Below are positions 37,036-48,554 of a stretch of DNA of 64,000 nt, in pieces; positions within the stretch are counted from its first letter, which is position 1; every line of letters begins with the position of its first letter. The position numbers and the translations under genes are program-made. The notes under the pieces are model-generated. The model had not been told where the DNA came from. It was given only the letters and a program-made list of their open reading frames with translations, and made no database searches. The stretch spans positions 26,226,001 through 26,290,000 of the forward strand of contig NC_090356.1 of assembly GCF_035084215.1 (NCBI RefSeq). Direction: 5' to 3'. Source of the stretch: Heptranchias perlo (taxonomy: Eukaryota).

Positions 37036-37644
37036 GATCTTGTTCTCCCCCTCCTCCCAATTGCGGGGACCCCATGGGACGGCTCGGCAGCAGATCCCGC
37101 GCACTTACTTCCTCAGTGGGCGACCTTCGGGCTGCGTGAATTTGCACCGCTTCCTGCCGACCCATCGCCCAGAACAGGTGGGAGGTCGGCCGTTGGCAGA
37201 TAACAGGCCCAGGGGTTAAATCACTCCTTTTCCTGCAGCGGCTGAGTTTAGAATTGACACCAAAACCCACCCTCCGAAAACTGGCCCTCAGTTAAAATCG
37301 GTAACTAGAAGTCGTATGAGGACTGAGTCCTCTGTTAGTTCTTTTTACACAAGGAAAAAAGATGAAATATGGTATTGATCATTTCTGGGGTCTAATGGAA
37401 CTTAAATGGTGGCCATGAAAGATGGGCTAATGGGTTCTGTGTAATAGAAAAGCCTCAGATGCTTTTAACTGTGGCAAGAGTCACCTTGGGAAAGAATTTT
37501 TAAAAAGCAAAGTGAATGTGCCTTGTGCTCCTCTTACATGTAGTGAGAGAGAGTGAGCTGGTTCAGAAAAGGCCACCAGGAGGCCTGAGTACTCTGTGTT
37601 TTGTGTACTTATTTTTGTTGAAAGTGGGCTTATCTTCGGTCGAG

Positions 37645-38100
37645 AATCATAGAATCATAGAAGTTTACAACACGGAAACAGGCCCTTCAGCCCAACATGT
37701 CCATGTCGCCCAGTTTATACCACTAAGCTAGTCCCAATTTCCTGCACTTGGCCCATATCCCTCTATACCCATCTTACCCATGTAACTGTCCAAATGCTTT
37801 TTAAAAGACAAAATTGTACCCGCCTCCACTACTGCCTCTGGCAGCTCGTTCCAGACACTCACCATCCTTTGAGTGAAAAAATTGCCCCTCTGGACCCTTT
37901 TGTATCTCTCCCCTCTCACCTTAAATCTATGTCCCCTCGTCATAGACTCCCCTACCTTTGGGAAAAGATTTTGACTATCTACCTTATCTATGCCCCTCAT
38001 TATTTTATAGACTTCTATAAGATCACCCCTTAACCTCCTACTCTCCAGGGAAAAAAGTCTCAGTCTATCCAACCTAACCCTATAAGTCAAACCATCAAGA
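37645..38100 (-). mobile_element. CR1 3' fragment, same young subfamily as 60980-62870
   Basis: ORF 37728-38090 is nearly identical to the C-terminus of ORF 61065-62900. Confidence 0.9.
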
Positions 38101-38254
38101 GAAGAGTGGACTTTGAGAAGATCTATTTGAGACTGCCAAGATTCTGAAGGGGACTGACCGCGTTAATCGAGGGAAATTATTCGCTATAGTTAAGAGCTCA
38201 AAAGAAAAAGTGATTAGAAGTTAATCGTGAGGAATTGGGGGGAGCCCTTTATGG

Positions 38255-38440
38255 TGCAGTAAGTTAGGCACTGGTCTTTCATCAGTGGGTTCAAATCCAG
38301 CCTCAGACAAATGGGATGAATATGTTGATAAAAGACTTATGTAAATAAGTTCAACCTAGATTCAGTGGCGTTCTGCATGGGCATATTTTTATAGTGCAAA
38401 ACTAATTGGCAATCACTTGCAAGGGCATAGTAGAGGCTGC
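38255..38440 (+). mobile_element. Ancient LF-SINE-like fragment
   Basis: gggttcaaatccagcc B-box, then actaattggca. Similar fragment near 43090-43330. Resemblance is from memory. Confidence 0.35.
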
Positions 38441-38639
38441 CCTTCTGAAGTCGGGACTTGACACATGTGTTACTTGCATATTGTTAACTGAACGCTAGAT
38501 GAGAATAAGCACATTGTAGTGATTACACTCCGATTATTTCTCTTGTATTGTTTAGCTAATCTTTGATGGGAATATTCTAGAGGATCTGGGAATAAGAGCA
38601 ACTAGTTATTACCACACTAATTTGAGTGGCTATTCAGAC

Positions 38640-39483
38640 AGAATTCTCATTTCAAGCCAGGAAGGGAGCCGGAGCGGGGGGGGTGGGGGAAGATTTTTGG
38701 GTGTTAACCCCAGAAGGTAAGTTGGCGGATTGCAATCTGCGATCGCAACCTTAATGAGGTCAATTAATTTTACTTCTGGTTTTCGGGCCCGGCTGGCTTG
38801 AAATGAGAATTCTCTCCGTTATGATGACAGGATGGCTGTCAGGCAGGAAGACCTCCTGCAGCAGGCCGCAGCTGGGGATCGGAGGGAGGGGTTGATCACG
38901 GGCCAGGGAAGAAGATCGGGGGGCCGGGAAGAAGATCGGGGGGGGGGGCGGGGAGGGGATTGGATGGGCCGGGACTCGGAAATCGGAGGTCGCTGGAGGT
39001 CGGGTGAAGAGTCGGAGGTAGGTGGGGATCCACCAAGGCGGGGGGTGGGGGGAGGGTCGGCCAGGTGAGCTTGTTGGGCCTGGATGAAGGATTCCTGCTT
39101 CTCCAGCCCAATAAAGCCACTCACTGCCCACAAGCAGTGCAATAAAGGCCCTCATCTCATGGATCCGGCCCTTCCCGCCTGCTTTCACCTGACGTGAATC
39201 GGAAGCGATGGGAAACCCAAATAGGTAAGGTTTCATTTTAATTTTCCAATACACAAAATATTAAATACCTCAATTATCTCAATGAAGTACATTGCCCTTT
39301 TAAATATTGGCCCGTTGCCTTTATGTGGGGGCGGGACTTCCTGGTGTCTGCTGTCCACACGCAGACAAACCTGCCTGGGTTAAACCCAGAAGTGGGCGAG
39401 TCGGAGCCGGGATGCGGTCCTACTCCAAAAAGCTGTTATTTTAACCTCCCACCCACCCGTTCTTGGGGGTTAAAATTTACCCC
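38640..39483. mobile_element. Non-autonomous Harbinger-like element
   Basis: gaagatcggg repeats and an internal block shared with 15823-16526; right terminus gggttaaaatttaccc. Confidence 0.55.
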
Positions 39484-40047
39484 AAAGGGACTGAGCCACA
39501 TTGTAAGGCAGAGTACAGAAAACTTTGCTCTGCCTGCAGGCATGTTAAACGATCTGGGAACTGCTTGATGCTTACCCTCGATACACAAATTAGGAAGTGC
39601 TGCATTCCCCAGCATTAATATTCTTAGAGACACCATTAAAATCTTTTCTTATCAATCTCCACCCATAAATTCTCTGATTTTTCTGGGTTGGTGGATCAGT
39701 AAAAAACACTTTTTTTTTGCTCAATTTTTACTTTTCAAATACCTGAACTCTTCTCCGCCTTGTGTACCCGAGATGCACACACATCGCACTGGTGATGTTA
39801 TCATGTATGTGAGGCAATGGCATGTGCAGTGAACATACGCAATACTGTCATTAGCATGACGTGCGTGCAACATGGCTCCAAAACCTGGAGGTAAAGCCGA
39901 CTTAGTTAGGTTCACTTGTTGGTACCGCTAGTCATATTACTTAAAGTTTGCTTTAACCAGTTCCTCTCTTACTGCTCGTGCTGGAGAAAAGCAGCTGAGA
40001 GCAGAAGCAAAGTGACCTTGAGGTCACCATCAGTGTATGATGAGAAA

Positions 40048-40498
40048 GGAAAGAAAGAACTTGCATTTATATAGCACCTGTCTCGACATCAGGACGTCCC
40101 AAAGCGCTTTACAGCCAATTAAGTACTTTTGAAGTTAGTCTCTGTTGTAATGTAGGAAATGTGGCAGCCAATTTGCACACAGCAAGATCCCACAAACAGC
40201 AATGTGATAATGACCAGATAATCTGTATTTTTTATGTTAGTTGAGGAATAAATATTGGTCAGGACTCCTTGGCTCTTCTTCTAAAGAGTGCCATGGGATC
40301 TTTTACGTCCACCTGAGAGGGCAGATGGGATCTTGGTTTATCATCTCATCCAAAAAACGGCACCTCCGACAGTGCAGCACTCCCTCAGTACTGCACTGGA
40401 TGGTCAGTTTAGATTTTGTGCTCAAATCTCTGGAGTGAGGTTTAACCCACAGCCTTCTGATTCAGAGACCAGAGTTCTGCCAACTGAGCCATGGCTGA
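40048..40498 (-). mobile_element. Full-length Deu-domain tRNA SINE
   Basis: Same family as 33522-33990. Confidence 0.85.
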
Positions 40499-42139
40499 CA
40501 TCTAAGAGGTTTCTTGAACATTAGGGGATCAAAAGAAGAGGAGCAAATACCTTAAAAACAGGATGAACATTTAAAGAAAATGTTTGTACAACCTCGGGCA
40601 TGTGAGCTGTGGCGCCCAGAGAGACTGTTCCATGGAGACCTCGGTTCTTTAGACTGGTAATTGCCCCGTTTCTGTTTGAGGAGTGCTCTATCCTCCTGCA
40701 GACAGTGAAAGGATTATTAACGTCAGTCAGACACAGCAAACATTATCCGATTTCACTGTTGCTACTGCCTAGGCTCAGGGGGAATCTGGCAGGGCCCAGA
40801 TTCATTGTGAAGAGGAACAGTGAAATGCCAGCTCAGTGAGGGAACTAATTGGGTTGAAAAAATATATATGTTCAACAACTTTTTTGTCCCATTTCCGATC
40901 TGAGAGCTTTTCGTTCCTCACACTCTGTGCTCCTGCCCGAAAATACTGTATGGCGGTCCTTTTGAATTTGGACGATACTGTAAAACAGGCAATATCGGAT
41001 CCCTGTGAATGGGACCCCTGAGGCGATAGAAGAATGCAGCCCAAGATCAACTGCTGCTGCAGTTTAGCCCCTGCCACCTCTCAGTGATCGCACAATCTCT
41101 CTGGAATCGTCATTGGAGACTTGACTACTTGTGGCAGTGTTGCGTGGTTTTTGGGTGGTGCACCCTTACACTGCTCGAACTGTTCTGGATTGTGACATCT
41201 CAAGCTTCCGTCCTATTTAAATAATTTTGAACATTTCCTTTGAGATCCCCAGTGGTTCCTTACTTGGCACCAGGCTGTCTAATAATGGGCAGAAACCACA
41301 GAACTGTAGCAGATTAGGTGTCAGAAAACAGGGTAGTGGGTCCGCAAAAGCCACGGTCCGCAGAGGGTCCTGAGTGGGATGTCGACGCTGCAGGCTTTGT
41401 TGCGTTGAAGTGGTTGCTCGTCCAGACCGCGTATTAGTGAAGCTGGACAGCAAGGTGCAGGCAAGGCTCACAGCAGGGCATGAATCCAGGAGCACAAATT
41501 CTTGAAATGTAGCATTCACAGGCAGTAAATTCCGAAACAGCATTGCGAGAGAATTCGGCCTCTCCGATGGTCCACTTGTTGATTCTTGTAAGGTCTTCCT
41601 GTCCGGCAGCAAAAAACATCCCAGTGCCACCAACCTCCCCAGGACCTATTTGTGTGAGAATGATGAGGCTCTGAATGCCAAAGTACGGACCAGTTGTTTG
41701 GTCCGAACCAGGCAGTGATGGTGTGCCAAGAATGTAAAGGCCCGAGGACTGAAGCAAATGCATCCTCAAGCCTCATCAGAATAAATCAAGCGCCCCGTCG
41801 CAGCTCGCCTGTCAAGGCCTTAAGAATTTCGGTCCGCGCTGAGGCCCAGATGTAAGATGGGGTGGGAGGGTGATTGGAGGGGGCCAATGGTGGGCCGGTA
41901 GTGGCCCACAGTTGTTTTGTGAAGCCAGGAGGGGCTCCTTCCCACTCCATAAAATACTGAACATCTTCCAAGTTTTTGGGCCTTACTTGAGCGGCCTCCA
42001 GCGGTCCCCTTTAGGACACTGGTTACGCTACTCAAGTCTTAGAATGATATTTAGAGTTTGTGCACCGCAAGCTCTGACTAGGGCAAATAAATATAGGAAT
42101 CTAGGTCTAAATTGAGTACAGAAGTTTCATTTGAATGTG

Positions 42140-42590
42140 GTTTCCTTTAATACCATAGGGTGGAAACTATCAGGTCTTGGAGATTTGTCTATCTTAAGTC
42201 ACATTATTTTCTCCATTACCATTTTAAAAATTATATCAAATCCAATAACTTTCTCCCCTTGACTTATTTTTAGGTTCCCTTGTACCGCTGGTATTTTGTC
42301 CTCTTCCTTTACTGTGAAAATGGATGTAAAGTACTCATTTAACAAGTCTGCTATTTCATTATTATCCAATATAGTATCACCAATATCTGTCTTTAATGGG
42401 CCCATATTCCCCCTAACCACTATCTTTGCCAATATATTTATAAAAACCTTTACTGTTAGCTTTGATAATCCTTGCGAGTTTTTATTCATACTCTTTTATT
42501 GCACCTTTTATTACTTTATTTCTATCCCTTTGTTGCTTTTTATAGCTTTCCTAGTCTGCTGAATTTCCATTTTTACTTTCTAATAGTCTT
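42140..42590 (-). mobile_element. Old CR1 internal fragment
   Basis: ORF 42199-42489 MGPLK..EIADLLNEYFTSIFT. Confidence 0.65.
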
Positions 42591-43547
42591 ACCAACTGTG
42601 GGAGCTAAATATCCTGATCAATCTCTCCAAAAGTTTCAAACCAACCCAATGATTTGAACTGTCCCTGCTCTTAAATACTTAACCAATAATTATGTTTTTG
42701 AATATTTGTCAGCTAAATTCAAAAAGACCTGTCAGTCATACGTATAACTGAGCCAATCACGCAACATTGCTTATGTTTGAATTATGTGGCTTGGTTCCTC
42801 TCTCAAGCCTGTAGCCTTAGAGACAACTGAATAAATCTTTGCAACATTTTTATTGATCTGTACTTGGGTTAATTTTGAAAGTAGATTGTTTTTAAACTTA
42901 TTAGTACTGAGACTGAATTAAAGGGACCACAACCAAACTACAACCAGACAAAAATCATATCCCTTTAAAGTTGACTTGTGTTCTTCTACACTATAGTCCA
43001 CTTTTATCTTTATAGGTAACTTGAAGAATAAAATTTCTTCACAAATTTAGGAATGAAATATTGTAACTCTGGATGGGCTGGTTGTTGTCTCAGTGAGAGA
43101 CCTTGGTTAAAATCCAATCCAGACTGACAACACAAAAGTCTTTCCTGACTGTAATGGCTCTGTGTAAAATGAGTTTGGAGAGTCTCAAGTTTGCTCCTAA
43201 TGGGCAATAAATTGGCAATCTTGCTCAGAGAGGTCACAAGCTAGCTAGTGTGGAAAATCTAAATTGTTGGGAAGAGTAGAAGGAGCTTTCATTTATGTTC
43301 AGATGTGCTCTATCTCATCAGGGAGTGCTTGAAGCTGACGTCATTGAGTTAACGTATGTTTGTAGTACTATTCCACCTCACAGGGGTCAGAAGTGGAAAA
43401 GTTTTGGTATCCCTCACTTTAATAAGTGTGAAACAATCCTACCAGTACATGGGTTAAACCTTAAAACCTCAAAATGAATCAGGTTATTTTTATGTGTCTT
43501 GGCCTCATATTTAGCTTTCATTGTAAATTTGTTACTTATTAGGTACC

Positions 43548-44015
43548 AAGACCCGTTCACCCATCACCCCTGTGCTCGCTGACCTACACTGGCTCCCAGT
43601 CCCCGAACGCCTCGATTTTAAGCTTCTCATCCTTGTGTTCAAATCCCTCCACGGCCTCGCCCCTCCTAATCTCTGTATCCTCCTCCAGCCCTACAACCCG
43701 CCAAGATCTCTGCGCTCTTCCAATTCTGGCCTCTTGCACACCCCCAATTTTCACCGCTCCACTATTGGCGGTCATGCCTTCAGCTGCCTAGGTGCTAAGC
43801 TCTGGAATTCCCTCCCGAAACCTCTCTGGCTCTCTACCTCTCCTCCTTTAGGTCGGTCCTTAAAACCTACCTCTTTGACCAAGCTTTTGGTCACCTGTCC
43901 TAATATTTCTTTATGTTGCTTGATGTCAAATTTTGTCTGATAACGCTCCTGTGAAGCGCCTTGGGACATTTTTACTATGTTAAAGGCGCCATATAAATGC
44001 AAGTTGCTGTTGTTG
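43548..44015 (+). mobile_element. L2 LINE 3' fragment
   Basis: LADLHWLPVPERLDFKLLILVFKSLHGLAP..AFS..KLWNSLP; tail ending (gtt)n. Confidence 0.85.
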
Positions 44016-44269
44016 TTTATTTTTTTTTCTGTTTGGAATATTACAGTTCTGTTTATTTATTAATTCCCTTCTCTCTCTCCCCCCTCCCCCATACAAAAAT
44101 AGTTTTTTATAGTGAAGATAACAGAGACCAATAACTGGCACAAACCACTTCTGTGTCTTTTGGTTTCAACATTTGAAAGAATCCATGCATGGGTGTTTGA
44201 TCACTGTTGTCACTGACAGCCTGATTAAGAAGATTGTTTGGAAAACTGAAATTTTCCGGCCTTACTAAA

Positions 44270-44655
44270 AGAAAGAACTTGCATTTATATCGCACCTTCG
44301 ATGACCTCAGGATGTCTCAAAGTGCTTTACAGCCAATGAAGTATTTTTGAAGTGTAGTCACTGTTGTGATGTAGGGAAATGCAGCAGCCAATTTGCGCAC
44401 AGCAAGGTCCCACAAACAGCAATGAGATAATAACCAGATAATCTGTTCTTCTTTTAGTGATATTGGTTGAGGGATAAATATTGGCCAGGGCACCAGGGAG
44501 ATATCCCCTGTTCTTCTTCAAAATAGTGCCATGGGATTTATTACGTCCACATGAGAGAGCTGACAGAGCCTTGGTTTAACATCCCAGCTGAAATACAGCA
44601 CCTCTGACAGTGCAGCGCTCCCTCAGTATTGCACTGGAGTGTCAGCTTAGATTAT
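44270..44655 (-). mobile_element. Deu-domain SINE, 5'-truncated
   Basis: Same family body and tail. Confidence 0.8.
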
Positions 44656-45099
44656 GTCAAAAGTATTTCTAATAAAAACATAATCAATAAATCTCTAATC
44701 AAAAAACATACAAGGAGGAAGTTACAAGGAAATAGAGAGTTTTGATCATTCCTCTCTCAGGGTTCTTAAACATTCAGAACCCCAAGTGAAGGGCCAAGAC
44801 CCATGTTGCAGGACAGAGAGAGATACATCACGCAGCATTGAGTGGGTGAGGAAAGGGAGAATGGAGGGTGTAGTTTTAATAACAAGTTAGGTAGTCTGAT
44901 GGTATAAAATACCTCTCTGCATTATGTTAAAGGTATGAACTCCTTTAAACTAAATGAGTTAGTACATTTGTTGTCCAAAACAGTCCATAGCAACACATCA
45001 GCTAACATTACTGCATAGCCCCTGAGCTAAGGAACTACACAGTTCTGAGATCTTGGGTAAGATTTGATTGAAGTAGTAGACGATGCACCAAGTCAGGAC

Positions 45100-45496
45100 T
45101 TTTTAAAAAATTCATTGGATGTAGACACCACTGGCAAGGCCAACATTTATTGCCTATCCCTAATTGCCCTTGAGAAGGTGGTGATGAGCCATCTTCTTGA
45201 AGTGGTTTGGTAGGTCATTTTGGAGGGCAGTTAAGAATCAACCACATTGCTGTGGGTCCAGAGTTACATGGAGGCCAGACCAGGTAAGCACAGCAGGTTT
45301 CTTTCTCTAAAGGACATTAGTGAACCAAATGGGCTTTTACAACAATCCAGTACTGGTCACCATTACTGATAGTAGCTTTTTATTCCAGATTTTATCTAAG
45401 TAACTCAATTTAAATTCCTCAGCTACCATGGGAAAATTTGAATTCATGTCTCATCGGATTACTAGGCTAGTAACATAACCACTATGCTACCGTACC
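45100..45496 (-). mobile_element. tRNA-headed SINE composed of the 5' head and 3' tail of the LINE at 11908-15142
   Basis: Minus strand starts ggtacggtagcatagtggttatg, follows LINE 11909-12229, then jumps near 45200 to the LINE terminal ttcaagaag...agggcaattagggat. Confidence 0.8.
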
Positions 45497-46849
45497 AGCT
45501 AATATTTTAATAGTGAATGTACTGGGAGGAGGAAGAGTGTGTAGCATTTCGTAAAAGAAATGGAAAGTTCAGGGGAGGAGTGACTATAGTAATATTGATA
45601 AAATAGAGAAAGATACCAAATAATCAAATGGCTACTGCTGCACATAATAAGAGTTTGATGGACATTTCAAAAGCTGAATCTATATGTAATGTGAATGTGT
45701 AGTTCTTGGCCAGAAACAGAGCATGAACTACACATTCATCAACTCACAAGACCTGCATTACTTCTGCTTACAGTAAACATAATCTTCAGAAAGCAGAGGT
45801 AAATCCAGTCAGCATCCTTAAGTGATGTTTGATATCAGTGCAGTGAATTGTGCAAATGCCTTTTGTCGTGGTAACATTTCTGGTTAATATGTTATTCCTG
45901 AACAGCTGTAATATGGTTTCAATCTCATTACAGTCTCTGGCATGGCAAGCAACTTACCGTGATTGCTTCCAATAGCGGCACTTACAGTCTCCCCTTCTCC
46001 CAGCTACTGACTAACACCAAGTGAAATGTGGATGTTGTTAATGCTGATGGTGAGAGTCATGTTCTATAAGATTGTGTTCCTCACTATGCTTGAAAGAAAA
46101 ATAGGATTGCGATGGTCTAATTTACAGCATATTAAGCAGTAAAACTGTTGTGATACAAGGTGCTTACAGGGCTGATAGGAGACATTGTTTATGTAGACTG
46201 ATCACTCATTATATTCCAGCCTGGATTTTCTTTGTCAGCACGAATGTCGCTGGAAGTGTGGCAGAGTGGGAATTCGGCCCATCCTGACGCTTTGGGGGTC
46301 AGTCTCGGCCTGTTTGTGGTTGGGAAATAGTACACTGAGGCAACATTAAAGCAGCTTAAAGAGACAGGCATCTCGCAATATTTTTGTCTGCATGGAAAAA
46401 ATATCTTCCTGTAATGATGCCTGAAAGGTCTGCTGGGGGGGCATGGACCTAAAATCACTTCCCCCCCCTCCCCCTCCAAACCTGCCTTTGCAGTTTCCAT
46501 GTACCCTTCCAGGAGATTGGGGGCAGGAGGGAGGCAACTATAGGCGAAGGCCCAAGGAATATAGCTCAGGGCCAGTGGAGGGACGTAACCAGGGCAGTCA
46601 GTGCCAACTCAATCATTGCATGCAATGTTTAATGATCTTACCAGGTCAAGCAAGATACAAGGAATCAACTGCACCTTCTAAGAATTTCAAATATGCCACC
46701 CCACCCACTGCAGTGTTGAAGAGCTTGACTAGTTTATCATCAGTGCCCATTAGGTAGTTTAAACCCCCAGCTTTCACCTGCTGTGAACCAAGTGCTCCAT
46801 CCCTCACATCCTTATGTGCTTTCACCAAACAAAAAGCCTCACATTTTAT

Positions 46850-47195
46850 GTTATTGCTTGTTGCAGAAATCGAAGAGACTTCAGGAGGACATCAACAGAT
46901 TAGTTTAGTAGACTGGGAAGATAGAGATTGAATGAAATTGAATGCAAAGAAATGTGAGATGGTACATTTTAGGAGGAAGAATGAGGAGAGGAAATATACA
47001 GGAAATGATAAAGGGGGTCGAGGAGCAGAGAGATTCGGGGTCCACTTACACAAAGTTTTAAAAGTAGGAGGAACCAAAGCTGTAAAAGAAAAGCTAGGCT
47101 TTGTAAATAGAGGCATCAAGTACAAAAGCAAAGAGGTAATGCTAAACCTATGCAAATCATTGGTTGGGCTGTAGTTAGAATATTGCCCTGGATTT
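46850..47195 (+). mobile_element. Degenerate CR1 RT fragment
   Basis: MKLNAKKCEMVHF..LGFVNRGIKYKSKEVMLNL. Confidence 0.75.
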
Positions 47196-47494
47196 CCCAA
47201 TGGGCACATTACACCAGGAGAAGTCAGGTGGCCGGAAACTTCCGTCGTGCTGGCGTTTGTGTCGTTGACCCTGCCGCAAAGGTAAGCTCATTCCAATATT
47301 TTGAGGTAGGCTCCAGCTGCCTTTGTGCTCCTGATTGGTCTTCTCAATGGGGGTGGGGAGGGGACAAGTCAGAAAGTTCTATGCGGCCAGATTCAAATTC
47401 CTGCAGTGGTTTAAAGGGACAGGCATCTGAAGAGAGTTGGAAAAGTTATGATGTTATGATGGCAGCCAGGGTCCATTCACAGTGAAAGGAAATG

Positions 47495-48059
47495 AATCCC
47501 GTTTTCCCATCACCCCTGTGCTCGCTGATAGTCATTGGCTCCCGGTCCCCGAACGTCTCGATTTTAAAATTGTCATCTTCTTGTTCAAATCCCTCCATGG
47601 CCTCGCCCCTCCCTATCTCTGTAGCTTCCTCCAGCCCTACAACCCTCCGAGAACTCTGCATTCTTCCAACTCTGGCCTCTTGTCCATCCCCCACTTCCTT
47701 AACCCCACCATTGGCGGACGTGCCTACAGCTATGCAGGCCCTAAGCTCTTGAATTACCTCCCTAAGCCTCTCCGCCTCTCCACCTATCTCTACTTCTTTA
47801 AGACGCTCCTTAAAACCTACCTCTTTGATCAAGCCTTTGGTCACCTGTCCTCATGTCTCATTTTTTGGCTTGGTGTCAATTTTTGTCTGATTGCGCTCCT
47901 GTGCGCTCCTTCTAATTCCTTGCCGAAAGACCTTCAGTTCACCCTTAGAGAAATTTGCTTTCAACAACAACTTGCATTCATATAGCATTTTTAACGTAGT
48001 GAAATGTCTTGGGACATTTCACTACGTTAAAAATGCTATATGAATGCAAGTTGTTGTTG
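47495..48059 (+). mobile_element. L2 LINE 3' fragment whose tail is interrupted by an inverted duplication
   Basis: ITPVLADSHWLPVPERLDFKI..; the tail resumes at cttgggacatttcactacg. Confidence 0.8.
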
Positions 48060-48115
48060 AAAGCAAATTTCTCAAAGGGTGAACTGAAGGTCTTTCGGCA
48101 AGGAATTAGAAGGAG
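47906..48115. repeat. Near-perfect palindrome, 103-bp arms, 4-nt loop
   Basis: 47906-48008 is the reverse complement of 48013-48115 with one mismatch seen. Confidence 0.92.
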
Positions 48116-48554
48116 GAGGAAAGGGCATTTTGATTTGCTGAAACAGGGCCAACCTGAGGAATGAAGGCAGCCAGGTGGAGGAAGGTGGCTTTGGCTGTTG
48201 GTGCCATCTCCATCACCTCACCTAATGCAGAAAAAAGAACAATGACCTGACAAGAATGAGTAAAGTAAGAGGAATGAGTAAAGTAAGAGGACTCACTTTA
48301 AGCTCCCTGGAAGCCGTTGTATTATCATGTTATCCATAACCTTACTAGTCAGTTTTATGGTGCAGCAACCCTCCGTACTATGCCACAGTGTTTGCCCCCT
48401 CCACCTGCAAACTTAGCACTCCCATAGACCTCCAACACATGGCAATGGCCTCATACCCAACCCTGTATGTTTCCCCCTAGAAAGTATGATACTGTTTTCA
48501 GGAAAGATGGGGAGATTATCAAGGAAAAAAATTCTTTCATTCAATGATTAGTTA

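Noticed and set aside
36491-37219. 242-aa plus-strand ORF
   Set aside because: Chimeric read-through of MITE sequence and the antisense of a CR1 fragment.
48254-48292. 18-bp tandem duplication gaatgagtaaagtaagag
   Set aside because: Ordinary small slippage duplication with no further signal.
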